The notes: a model not told the origin generated them from the sequence alone. Counted from the first letter of the stretch, positions 24,441 to 36,002 are shown. The stretch: DNA of 64,000 bases from Fistulifera solaris (GCA_030295235.1 AP026140.1:310001-374000); one strand, 5' to 3'. Program-made: numbers and translations.

Positions 24441-25344
24441 ATGGTCGAAATTGTTGCGCCTTGTACCATGGTGGAAGGTAAGTTTCTGTTGTTTCTTTCT
24501 TTACGTTCGTTCATTATTACTGTCTCACCCAGTCGAGGTTGCGTTCTTGCAGGCTTTACCTTCATGGCGACTCATGACGGCGAATCGTTGCCCATCACAG
24601 TCGTACGTACCTCTTGTGAAATCCTGTTCTGCTCAGTACTACACCTTGCATTCACTCAACACACACATCATTCGTTTTTTCTTTCTTATTGGTTTGCAGC
24701 CTCGCGGTGGCGTCCAGCAAGGACAGGTGTTCTCCGTACGGTATCCAGGGCAGCGTGAAGTCGCGACCGAAATTACTCCCTTCTTTCTGCATCACACCGA
24801 TGAAGGATCCTGGAAGGATGACTGGTGGCAGTGTTGTCGATACGGGCCGTGTCACGTGAGTCTGTGGAATGCCATGTGCTGTCCGCAATTGCTGGCGGCG
24901 CAAATATTGACGCGACTGCAACTCAATCTGTGGGGGAATTCCGATCATCGCCATCACGGCAAACGAACCTTTCGGACTATGTTTCTTCTTGTCATTGTGT
25001 ACTGGTGTTTGATTCTGGCTTTGACATTTCCGTTGTCGTACAATGTACAAGCTGATCCCGTGGTACTTTCGCCGTTCACGTCATTTCTATACAACCTTAT
25101 CGCGTGGGGATTTGGTTTCTACACGTGGTTCCTTTTGACGAAACTACGAGCCGCCGTACGCGCTCGTTTCAAAATTCCATCGTCCTGGTGGGGAGAAGAT
25201 ACTTGCATGACATTGTGGTGTAGCTGCTGCTCCATTTCTCAAATGGCGCGACAAACGGCCAGTTACGAACAGCATTCCGCAATTTGTTGCTCCACGACGG
25301 GCATCGGAGCTCCCTTGCCGTATGAGTCCGTTCTTACCGTGTAA
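24441..25344 (+). CDS. PLAC8-family (Cys-rich) membrane protein
   Basis: Exons 24441-24477, 24553-24602, 24700-25344. W..DWWQCC, CCPQLL, RAAVRARFKIP and EDTC..LWCSCCSISQMARQ are PLAC8 motifs. Confidence 0.88.
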
Positions 25345-25441
25345 CTTATGACGTTGGGACAAGAGAGGTGTGCGGAGCAAGCAATTAGATAGAATAGAGA
25401 CACAAGAAGCGATGCAACTAAAATTTTTAGATTAGCTATTC

Positions 25442-26583
25442 TCATGACCTACGACCCAACATTTCTTGTTCCATGTACTTGACAATCAAAGGATGATAGA
25501 CCTCTGCGGTAACCTTACTATCACGCGACACTTGATACCGATCAAAGTCAAGGACCGGAATATTGAATAATCGTGCTACGGGAAGCAACGGTGACAAGTA
25601 TTCAATCATCACGTCGTTCGTGCTTTCCGTCAAGAAGGAAATATGGTTGGGAGAATCGGGTCGATCATAGACAATGGCAGCCCTTTTTGGAATGGGTTGA
25701 TTCAGAATAGAGCTCTCGGAGAGACGAACCACATCCGGGGGAATCGCATCCGGACTCGACAAGAACCGGTTGGCGAGACCGTCTCCCATCGAAGTCACTA
25801 AAAGATAATTGCCCTGCACGGGGCTTCCATCCCGTTGTCGAGTGAAACCCGAAATGAGAACACGCGCCCAAGAGTCGTCACCCGTCTGAATTGCTGTTCC
25901 ACAACCTAGTGAATGACCAATGATACCGTACGCGGACGCTCGTATGTTCCAGTCCTTCTGCAGGGTTTGCAGCAACGCATCCGTAATTACTTTTCGATCT
26001 AGTCCGGGCACGGGATCGTACGAGGAAGCCAACGACTCGGGATATTCGGCGGCTACACAAACAAAGCCTCGACTGGCCAAGACTTCAGCCAAGTGCGATA
26101 AATCAAAGCGACTTCCGAGATAGCCGTGCGCTAGCAATATGACGGGCATTTCTCGCCTCGGGTAGGAGAGTGCACTACCGTCTACCACATAATTTCCCGT
26201 TGGCTGTAGCGTATAATCACTAGCAAAAAATCGAGGAATATTCCATTGAGCGAGCATTTGACCGATTTTGCGCACCGAAATGCGATGTTCGTACGTCGGT
26301 TTAGTTGGAGTAAAGTCTTCGTTCGTATCGGATAAAGGAAACCAACACGCGACAGGGACCTTGGTGTTGAATTCAGGTATCGATAATGATTGCGATTTAT
26401 AAGCTACTGTAGACGGAGCGGTCGCAGGAATCACGTTACTTTGCAAAGCTAGGGCCGGCAAAGCGGTAAAGGCCAAGATCGTTGTCGAAAGATCTCGTAG
26501 AAACATTTTTCTCGTCACTAGTTGCGAGAGCGCGTCAGAAGGAGCTGTTAGACTAAACAAAAGAGGGCCGAACACTTATGCAT
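25442..26583 (-). CDS. Alpha/beta hydrolase (dienelactone hydrolase/PAF-AH-like), probably plastid-targeted
   Basis: PVILLAHGYLG, nucleophile GHSLG, NHISF. The ATG at 26583 becomes in frame (MHKCSALFLFSLTAPSDALS..) if one base is added at 26559-26562. RKMFLR..ALPALA resembles a thylakoid-transfer peptide. Confidence 0.8.
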
Positions 26584-27061
26584 ATGATATACAGAGTTAT
26601 GAATCAATATGCGTTCTCATTGTCTTCTTTGTTTTCGCAAGACGAGCCGCAACTATTAATGAGGTGGTGAGGAGTTGAAAAATATGTTGTTGTCGTTTCT
26701 TCTTTCGTTTTGTTGCACCCGAACCCGAAAGGATTTTCATGCCACGTTCACTTTTCAATTTGTTGCCTATGACTGTCCGCTCTCTAGTACTCCTAGACGT
26801 CGTACCGCGTTGCAGGAGAAGCGTCGCACGCAGCACAGACATTTTTGAACCGACGAAGTCTTTTTCTGCGCACCTCTCGCATTTCGCATTTATTGAGACA
26901 CTTCCAACTCATTCATTCTCTTCGATAATAGATATCGACACAACCATAATCAAAAGCAGCATTTGGGCTAATCTTGCTAAGAAGGACAAAGAAGGAAAAC
27001 CGCCGCTCGAAAGGTTTTCCATCGAAAGAACAACACGCAACAAAACCGCTTCAAACCGAAA

Positions 27062-28237
27062 ATGACTTCTCTGGCACCGCCACCGTTCCCCACTCCTGTC
27101 TTTTTATCGGCACGAAGAATCACAGGACATGTACTGACCGAAATACCTCACGACGAACAAGCCATGACACCGCCGACTCTGGAAAGAAGAGCGTCCGTGG
27201 CGGGTAATATATTGCTCCTCGAGGATCAAGGAGTGACGAGGGCGTATTCGTTGCAACGCAAAATCAAGGATTCCATGCATAGTTCCGTACGAGTCGGATT
27301 CGAATTGAATTTATTACCCGAGGTGGGGCCGGCGATGTATGAATTCGTTCCGGATAAACCAAGTGACAAACCGGAGAACGACAACAATGAAACGCAATAC
27401 AAAATGGTGACCGTGAAAGTATTTTCATTGCATGAAGAATCTATAGAAGAGACAACAAATGAAGTCGCCGCTCTGCAGTGGGTTACAAGCTCGGGGAAAG
27501 AGAGTCATCATTTACAGGGGCCTGTTCTCGTCGGCAAAGATGCCACACATATCTACATGATAACGCCTTATCACAAGGAAGAATCGCTGTTTGACTACTG
27601 CGGCCGAGTGGGAAGACTGAGCGAAAGCAAAGCTCGATGTTTCTTTCGTCAAACTCTTCAGGTGCGCATCGTCACATTTCGTCTCTACGTTCTCTCTGCC
27701 AACCTCCTCACAAGATTTTTCTACTTCAAGGGCTTGGAAGAATTGAAAGATCTGGAAATTTGTCATCGGGGTCTTGATTTGGATAGTATTCATCTCAAAG
27801 GAGCAACTTGTATCTTTTCGAATTTTGAACACGCATTAAGAATACCTGTATTTAATGGACAGAGCGCTTTCATTAGCTCGCAAGAACCGCACGGGAAGAA
27901 TCCTCAAAGCGTGGCACCAGAACTGCTGAAAAGTGAGCCATTTGACGGAAACGCTGTCGATTTATGGGCAGCTGGTGTCATACTGTTCCAGATGCTGTTG
28001 GGCTGTATCGCACTTTTTGATGCTCCAATCGCCGAGGATATAAAGTACGAAGAAATATGTATACGTTCCGATTTGAAAGGTGCGCTGCAGCGGTGGATGC
28101 CAGATGACAGCCATCCTTTGAGCGCCGAATTAGTTGATTTATTGGAAAGAATGCTCAAGGCGGATCCTCACAAGCGATTGACACTTTCCGGAGTACAAAA
28201 TCACCCGTGGGTGATGGCTGACAACAACGGAACTTGA
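27062..28237 (+). CDS. CAMK-like protein kinase fold, predicted pseudokinase
   Basis: In-frame intron 27662-27730. VTVK, NEVAALQ, VAPE, DLWAAGVILF and DPHKR are present, but HRD is HRG and DFG is NFE. Confidence 0.85.
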   Translation: MTSLAPPPFPTPVFLSARRITGHVLTEIPHDEQAMTPPTLERRASVAGNILLLEDQGVTRAYSLQRKIKDSMHSSVRVGFELNLLPEVGPAMYEFVPDKPSDKPENDNNETQYKMVTVKVFSLHEESIEETTNEVAALQWVTSSGKESHHLQGPVLVGKDATHIYMITPYHKEESLFDYCGRVGRLSESKARCFFRQTLQVRIVTFRLYVLSANLLTRFFYFKGLEELKDLEICHRGLDLDSIHLKGATCIFSNFEHALRIPVFNGQSAFISSQEPHGKNPQSVAPELLKSEPFDGNAVDLWAAGVILFQMLLGCIALFDAPIAEDIKYEEICIRSDLKGALQRWMPDDSHPLSAELVDLLERMLKADPHKRLTLSGVQNHPWVMADNNGT

Positions 28238-28539
28238 TGCTCTTTCTAGGGAATGACACAGAGTTGCGCTGCCCTTGTGCTCTCTATGCAATGGTAGCTG
28301 GAGTTCAGCGTTCACTACTCAGCAGATGGCGGCTGATGGCGGGATCTGAAATTTGATCAGTTTTTTTTGTCAAATTAAACAAACGGAAGCCAAGACTAGG
28401 GCTGCTTATAACTTACAACCTTTATGAACTAACTCTATATCCGTCGTTTCATGTTTGACTAGGACATAGCTTAGACACTTCAGTATAGGGATCAAGAGTT
28501 GGAGCGTGGAAATATCGAATAAGACTGGGATCATCGTAG

Positions 28540-29630
28540 ACTCTTAGACTAGGGACTAGAGACAAGAAACGAGAAAGGTTAAAGGTTAGACACTACCAGT
28601 ACAACTACAAGTTACAAGTACAAGTAAGTAGACACTCGACTCTCGAAGCTCGACAATCTACAGTCAACGGTCAACGATACTTGTACAAGCTGTTAAAACA
28701 ATTCGTGATTCGTCTGCAAATTTCTTTGTACAAGTACGAGCAAGGGGCCACACGCCACACGCCCACCCCAGACCCCAGACCCCACACCCGTTTCCGGAAG
28801 AACGAAAGATCTTTGACCAGGAAACGACGTTAAAATTCTGCCTCGCCGTAGGCTCTACGTAGAAATTTGTACTGCGAGGCAGAATTTTAACGTCCTTTCC
28901 AGAGACCAGGAGCCAGGAGCCAGGAGTCACAGTCACATGTCACACACACACGGTTCACATCTTCTCTCAATTAAGCCTGATTGGTGTCTTGTTGTAGTTG
29001 TATCAGAGGTACTACTAACTACTAGTTGCTAGTTGCTTAGGCTGAAGGCTTAATTACTAGGCAATAGTAATAGGTACTCCGTAATAGTTAGAGGTTAGAG
29101 GTGCTCCAAACTCCAAAATGATCGACGATCGATGATAAAAAATGAAAAATGATAAATAATAATGTTGATTTTACAGTACCTAGCGCTTGTTGCTTGTTAC
29201 TACTTGTAACTTGCAACTTGCAACCCGCAATGCCCGCAATTCATAATTCAGACTCCGTAATTCATAATTCATGTGAGAAGTGAGAATTAATGATGATTGA
29301 TGATGATTCATGATTCATGATTATTCGTTCATGGTTCATGGTTCATGATGATGGATGATGATGATGATGATTGATGATAGTACCGTACTGTCTGGTGACC
29401 GGTAACGGTAACCGGTAACCGGTAACTGGAAACCAATCGTGGTTCGTGACTTTATTTCCGCAGCCCATCGCCCATCACTTTAGACTTTAGATTTAGATAG
29501 AACTATTTGCTCGGTAACCTTATTGATCACTCCTTATTGTTTATTTCGGTTTTCTGACCTTGACATCATTGTTACTCTACTAGAGGTAGATGCAAACAAA
29601 ACAACTCGATTCATGATTCATGATTGTAGA
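28540..29630. repeat. Intergenic tract of mixed 7-bp tandem duplications and (GAT)n
   Basis: At least 13 perfect tandem 7-mer duplications of different sequence (listed in findings). Confidence 0.85.
28821..28899. mobile_element. 79-bp palindromic (hairpin) dispersed repeat, MITE-like
   Basis: 30-bp inverted arms match at 28/30 (GAAACGACGTTAAAATTCTGCCTCGCCGTA). The 19-nt loop contains the palindrome TCTACGTAGA. Flanked by CAG on both sides. Related copies at 49064-49215. Confidence 0.8.
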
Positions 29631-29935
29631 AGAAGTTCCAGTGTCAGCAGAGGCAATAGTCAAAGTAAATGATGGATACAAAAAGCAGATGCAATATGTA
29701 AACGTTCCGTTCACGAATATTTTTTTTCGCTTCACGAATGTAACAACTAAGAGAGCTACTACACTTGACATTGGCCGCTTTACCCTTGACTAATGGCTTT
29801 CTACCGACATCAGGGTGCAATTCTTGCTATGTAATCTGTCTCACAAATCGCAAATCGATCGATTGTAACCATTCATGGTAAGCGATCATCGTTCTCTCAT
29901 TTTACTTTAAGTGCAGCGTCAACATCTCACTAGAC

Positions 29936-31647
29936 ATGAATTTACAGATGCTCTTCTCTTTGACTGTTGTGTTTCTCTTCTTCGCAGTGCCGGCTGGGGC
30001 TCAGACTTGTCGTGATCTCGGCAGAGGATTGGTCGATCAAGGATGCACCGAAGATTTTCCAATATGCGTGCAACGCAATGGTGGCGTGGTGGCGAATGGC
30101 AGCACCGGTCGTCGCTGCGCATTGTGCATCAACTCTCAATTTCCAACTAACGCCGGCCAAGTCGCTCCCGACGAAGGATGTGATAAACAATACCCAGTCT
30201 GCGTTGGCACCCGCCAGCTGGCAGCGAACGTGGAAGGCACGGCATGTGCCGTCTGCTTCAACTCTATTTCATCCACTCAGAGCCCCAACAACATTGATGA
30301 TGGATGTCCTCCTCAGGCACCCATTTGTGTCAACGACGTCGGCGCGAGTCCGGCCATCTGGAAGCCAGGTACTAACTGTGTTGCTCAATGCGTCGATACG
30401 AGTGTCACTGGTGCCGACAGAGGGGTAAGTTGCTACCAGAGACGAAAATCTGTTTGTTGAATTTATGCATGCTCGATTTCTCTAACGGTTGATTGATGTC
30501 TATTGATTCAAAGTGTCCCCGACGTTTCCCGTATTGTGTATTGGAAGATGGATCCGATCCTTCGATTGGTGTACCTGGAATAAAGTGCTCCATTTGTTCT
30601 CCGGCGACTTGTGATGACAATGATCCTACAACGCAAGATTTTTGCGATCCGGAAAGTGGTTGTTACCACATCTACGTCCCCGTTCCTACTTTCTTTCCAA
30701 CCAGTGCACCGACTCGTTCGCCGACCAGTGCACCGACTCGTTCGCCGACCAGTGCCCCGACTCGTTCGCCAACTAATGCACCAACCCATTCGCCAACTAG
30801 TGCGCCCACCAAAGCACCGACTGCGACTCCGGCAACCTCCGCGCCAGTGGTGATTGAACCAACAACCGCAGCACCCATTCCGTTCAGGGAGCCAACAATC
30901 TCACCATCGGAGGCTCCAATCGAGCCAGCAACACTCCCACCGTCGGAGGCTCCAATCGAGCCAGATCAATGTGAAGGATCAAATATTTGTAGCGCCGAGC
31001 ACGAGTTGCTGACCGCCTTTCTTTCCGACGAGAATTTCCAATTCGAGTGTAATTTGTGCGGCGACCAACTCACGTTGTTGAGTCGATGCGACGGCTGCAG
31101 TGATGAAGCAGATCTCTGTGTCGATAGAACATTAAGCTTTTTCATCACTGATTTTAAGAATGGAACCTACGAAATGACGAAAACGCAAGGGACCGCGAGC
31201 GCTAGTGGCGAAGATAGTGCCTCCAACTACGCCGTATGGGAAAGCTTCCTCTCTTTTACGTTCGACACATCTTGGTTCGATGATATTCCCGGAAATTCCG
31301 AAGTAGTGGTGCAACTTCAAGGTAACAAGTTCTCACTAGACGGTGTTGCTTGCGACAGCTTCATTTTTGATGCCGAGAGCTGCATTACCGTCGATTGTCG
31401 AAACATAAACAGTGAATTTTACTGGGATTGCAATGACAGCCTGGAAATTTTGGATGTTACAAATTATTTTTTGCATGGATTCTTTGCGGGTGTGCGATAT
31501 TGCCCCAATGAGGTCGTTGCTCCTGCCATGGAAACGATGATGGCGGCGGCAGTTCGCTCACCCAATCTTTGCCAGAGTCCATTGGTACTTCTGATACCGT
31601 TCTCTTTCCGGAACTTTCTCTTTTCCCATTTAAAAGTATTTAATTGA
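29936..31647 (+). CDS. Secreted modular Cys-rich/mucin-like protein (candidate cell-wall or adhesion protein)
   Basis: Signal peptide; intron 30425-30513. Four D.GC....P.CV modules, a CDDND..TQDFCD..SGCYH module, PTSAPTRS repeats, and a C-terminal domain paralogous to 23009..23794. Confidence 0.85.
30697..30810 (+). repeat. 24-bp coding tandem repeat (PTSAPTRS)
   Basis: About 4-5 copies of CCGACCAGTGCACCGACTCGTTCG-like units. Confidence 0.85.
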
Positions 31648-31903
31648 AATATAGCAAGCTTTTACTTGGTCATTTGGACGTAAATGTGTACGGACTATTT
31701 TTTTTTTTAGCTTGTCAACAGATAAAGTAATACGGAGTATAGCTTGCCGTATTAGGCTTGTCGCACCGCTAATTCGACCTAATCGTCCTCGTCGCATGTC
31801 GCAAAAATAATTCGCATGGAAAACCGCCGCTTTGACGATTATTATTCGACGACTCACAAGAGTATATAGGACAAGGATCAGATTGAATCAACAACACACA
31901 AGC

Positions 31904-32711
31904 ATGACGACAAGCAAAGACACCCGAGAGGTTACTTTGATCAGCTCCGACAAGCAAGAATTCAAATTGTCCGCCGAAGCCGTCAAGCTAGCTCGTATGG
32001 TGCGTTCTTGTCGTGTGTCGCTCATCATGCAGCGGTTCGCGTTCTCATCAATTCTTGCTTCCGACAGGTCGCTTCCTCTCTCAATTTGATTCAGGGAGGA
32101 TGAAGACGCGGACGAGGAGGACACAGCTGCGGAACTGGATCCGCTCGAATTGTCGCGTGTCGAAGGATCCGTCTTGGCCAAGGTAGTCGAATACCTGAGC
32201 CATTACTTGGAAGAACCGATGAAGGAAATTCCGCAACCGCTGGGAGGAACGACTTTCAATGAAGTGAGTTCATTTCAACGCAAAGTAATTGTCGCAGTAT
32301 TTTGTGTAATTGCTAACACGCTCTCACTTTCTTCATTGTTTTCTGTGCATTTCCGCAGGTCATGACACAGGAATGGTATCAAACCTATGCTCACGGCATG
32401 TCGGACGAGCTGTTGTTTCAGGTTTTGACGGCCGCAAACTACATGGAAATTCAGCCATTGCTCGACTTGGCTTGTCTGCGCGTGACATTCCAGTTGCAGG
32501 GAAAGTCGGCCGAAGAGGTATGCTTGTTGCGTAGTGAGATTGAGGTGTTTTCTAATGTTTTGACTAACGCTACGTTGGATCACCTTTTCAATTATTTGAA
32601 CTGGCTGAACTGCATCAGATTCGCACAATTCTAAACTTACCAAAGTTGACGGCAGAGGAAGAAGCCCGTGCTCGGGAAGAACATCGTTGGGTGTTTGAAG
32701 AGACGAGCTAG
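31904..32711 (+). CDS. SKP1: SKP1-like protein, tandem copy A
   Basis: Exons 31904-31999, 32068-32263, 32359-32517, 32619-32711. VTLISSDKQEF, LAKVVEYLSH, AANYMEIQPLLDLAC, GKSAEEIR..EEEARAREEHRWVFE. One extra base near 32094-32096. Confidence 0.9.
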
Positions 32712-33326
32712 AGGACCTACTGATCAAACCTTTATACTATGTCTACTATTTATAGACATCTGTCGTCTACCCTTTAGTGAACAAGATTCCTCACAGATAG
32801 TGATAGAAATATGATTTTACAGAACTACACAATATTTGACTTTTTCTCGTATGTAGCTACAGAACTCTATTGATTCGAAACGCTATTTTTGAGCAAAGCA
32901 TCAATTTCGACTTACATCTAGATCCGACAGGGAGACGCCTTAGCTGGAACTGGAATGGGATTGGTCATCTAGATTATCCTAGAAACGATCGAAATATTTT
33001 GAATCACGGAGAATTGGTCCATCCGTGGTCCGTGAGGTGCGCCAAAGACCACGTACGAGTGCCGCGGTAACAGGTACTCTAATCCTTAGAGTATTTTAAG
33101 CGGGAAGATTCCAAGGACGAGTTACCGCGTACTTGTACCAGTAAGGTTTACCGGTACGGTACTTTTCGCGCCACTTGCGAAATGTTCGTCCGCAATGAGA
33201 CCCTGTTTCTTTCGCACACACAAAGCGGCAACGATAGATTTTTTCGGGCTCACTTTGACCGCAGCAGCGCAAAACCCATTTGCAAACAAACATTTCCTTA
33301 TACCCTTGCAACCCATAATTTCTAAC

Positions 33327-33987
33327 ATGCTTAGCGAAGGAGAATCCAAGATCGTTCTACGCGGTAGTGACGATGTCAAGGTCGAGATTGATGCGAAAGT
33401 CTGCGAACCGTCCGAGTTCCTCCGCAACCAACTCGAAGATATCGAAAATGCGGATGTTGGTGAGATCTCCGTGCCCAAGGTCGAGGGAGCTATCCTAGAA
33501 CTTATTGTCAAGTTCCTCAACCATCATGCCGAGGATGCCTTGGTCAAAATCGTCCACCCCATTGAAGGTGATACGGTGGAAGATGTAAGTTAGTTCATGC
33601 GAAGAACAGCGAAGCTTCAGACCCGCAAAACCCGTATCTCACTCCCTTTTTCGTTCACAGGTCGTGAAACAAGAATGGTACGCTACATTCATTAACGAGT
33701 TGCATGAAAAGGTTGTCTACAAGCTGCTCTTGGCCGCCAACTTTATGCACATTCAGCCGCTTTTGGATTTGGTCGTGCTTCGCATTGCTTGGCTCTTTTC
33801 GAAAAAGACTCCCGATGAGGTACGTGTCTTGCATTGTATAGCGTGCTTGATACATAGAGATATCTCGTGGCTTACTTTCTTCTCTTCTCGCTCTCTTTAG
33901 CTCAAGACCCTGCTCAAATTCGAAGGACTAACCCCGGAACAAGAAGAGAAAGCTCGCCGTGATCACCCCTGGATTTTTGAAAAGTAA
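33327..33987 (+). CDS. SKP1: SKP1-like protein, tandem copy B (more divergent)
   Basis: Exons 33327-33584, 33661-33819, 33901-33987. AANFMHIQPLLDL, KKTPDELK..EQEEKARRDHPWIFE. Its two intron positions are shared with copy A. Confidence 0.88.
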
Positions 33988-34192
33988 AGGTTGCGGCCTT
34001 TTTTTCGTTCATATCATAACCGTAGTGCTGACTTACAAACTCGAGCTGGGATTTCATTCGCGTGGAGGTTCGGAAGAATTGCTGTGACTCGGCTATGTAC
34101 GGTGTATTGAATTCCTTTCTTATACAATATAATAAGGCAAAACTTTCGCTCACATATTTACATGCAATTTCTAGCTAGAAATATCTTTCACT

Positions 34193-34642
34193 TCATATCG
34201 GTATAGGTTTGGCCTTGAAGTGGCAATTGATCAAACTCAACGATAGTTCTTTGATGTCTTGCGTCAATCGGTGAAATATCCGGAGTCCTTCGGGGTCTGA
34301 TGAACGCTCCACATCCGCCAAAGCTTTGATTTCTTTTGCCGTAAACGCAATGTGATTCAAGCCTACTTTACATTCCAGTTCATGCCGTCCTTCGTTTTCT
34401 CCTGGCTCGGGCCAGTTGGCATCGTTCACATCGGTTAGAATGGTGCTTTCGGATATCATTCGCTTGACTTCTTCGACAACAGCCGGACTGACATAGACTT
34501 CTTGTTGTATGTGTGGGTTATTCGAGTGTTTGCAGTAGTTGGCGTATTGCAGTTTCCCTGATGGAAATAGCTCAAACTCGAGATATTCGTGACCGGCCGG
34601 ACCTTTGTGCCCGACGTAGTAACGCATGTAAAATTCGTCCAT
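34193..34642 (-). CDS. MAGO: Mago nashi homologue (exon junction complex), divergent and intronless
   Basis: FYMRYYVGHKG..GHEYLEFE..GKLQYAN..WPEP..GRHELE..HIAFT..DPEGLRIF..QDIK..SLI..HFKAKPI follows the Mago consensus over the full length. Confidence 0.92.
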   Translation of the reverse strand: MDEFYMRYYVGHKGPAGHEYLEFELFPSGKLQYANYCKHSNNPHIQQEVYVSPAVVEEVKRMISESTILTDVNDANWPEPGENEGRHELECKVGLNHIAFTAKEIKALADVERSSDPEGLRIFHRLTQDIKELSLSLINCHFKAKPIPI

Positions 34643-35204
34643 ACTATATGGTCAGTGTTGTGCAATATCTAGGTAAGTTTGAGATGAGAGGAATCAGACC
34701 TTACAATTTAGTCAATAAGAGCAAGAAAGGTGATTTGTTTCGCTTTTATGCGCAACGTTCACATCAAAGCGTTTTGCGCGTACGTGTCTTTTTTCGCGGG
34801 TGATGTTTTTGTGGTGCGCACTTTTTGAAACCACGCTTAATCGTGACTGAATTACTGGATGCAATAATCGCACCGTTTTCGAACGCTGGACGAAAAATAG
34901 TTCAGTGGTCAACTATAGAGAGAGGGAGAGCATTTTGCTCCTATTCTGTCTCGCTTTTAACAAAAACAAATCAGCAGGCAAACTTTGTGTCAGTTTCGTA
35001 AGGAAAGCCATACACGTACTAAACTTTGGAACATTCTGTTGAAAAGATCGGTTGAAAGAGTAACATGTTTACGAAGATTGAAGACCGGCGGGAATGCTAA
35101 TCTAAGGCAATTTACTTGATTTGACTTAGTCATTCAAATGAGCTGTGTTGTCATCGATCTTTCTTCAAATATTTGGCGTAGCATTATCAATTATTCGACA
35201 GCCG

Positions 35205-35435
35205 TCAAAGGGTCGTCGCGGACGACTTTTGCTTGGGCGCGACGACTTCACCATGTTCTTTGTTGTGTGCAAGATGCTGACGCGTGTAGATATTACTTTG
35301 CTTGCGAACATCACCGGAAGGATCTCGTTCGACAGACTCTTCTTTGTCCGATACTTGAATGACGGGCAACGAGGCCTGCGAGGCAACGATGCCAGCGAAA
35401 AGGACAATGAGATGAGCGAACGTCGATGACTTCAT
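35205..35435 (-). CDS. Putative small secreted protein (~76 aa)
   Basis: ATG at 35435 gives signal peptide MKSSTFAHLIVLFAGIVASQA followed by a polar region. The 3' end is uncertain. Confidence 0.5.
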   Translation of the reverse strand: MKSSTFAHLIVLFAGIVASQASLPVIQVSDKEESVERDPSGDVRKQSNIYTRQHLAHNKEHGEVVAPKQKSSATTL

Positions 35436-36002
35436 TGTGAGTGTGAGGACTATCAATGAACAATTTGGAGTTATACCCTATGCGAATGAGATCAATACGG
35501 AGTTATAACAAAGTCTTGGATGCCTCATCCATGACGGTCATCTTCGTGATGGTGATTTCGAAAAAGCAAGAACAAACTCCAACGTCGATTTTATCGGCGG
35601 CTTTGGAGAGAACACGGTTTTAGACAGACAAGCGAAAAGTACTTCTTCGTCGATCGCGGAAAGGTGGACTTTCTTTTGCGTTTTGAATTTCGAAGCCGAA
35701 AGACACTACACCGCAACTGATAGTAACGTGTCGTAACGCGAAACACTCGTCCGGCTCGTCCGTCGCTCGGCAAGTTGCACTTGAAGGCCACCAGACACCG
35801 CACGAAAACGTTCCGCGGTGAAACTCAAACACATCATCGGTTTGACTTTATCGACCGTTCTTTGCCCTTCGTCCTGTCGATGAAAGCAAGGCCGATCCGA
35901 GATCTCCTTTTCGTCGTTTGTCGAAACCTCACATTGCAGTTTCAATTTCGACTCGAGCGGCAGCTTCTTTACCGCAACACAACGTTATAGGATCCGAATA
36001 AT

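Noticed and set aside
27662..27730. Stop-free in-frame introns (also 48618-48689) read as protein insertions
   Set aside because: Both have GT..AG ends and typical length, and removing them restores the family alignment. Regulated retention cannot be shown from DNA alone.
29290..29380. (GAT)n / TTCATGA run as telomeric or coding repeat
   Set aside because: It does not match TTAGGG-type repeats and lies in no credible ORF. It is treated as part of the stutter tract.
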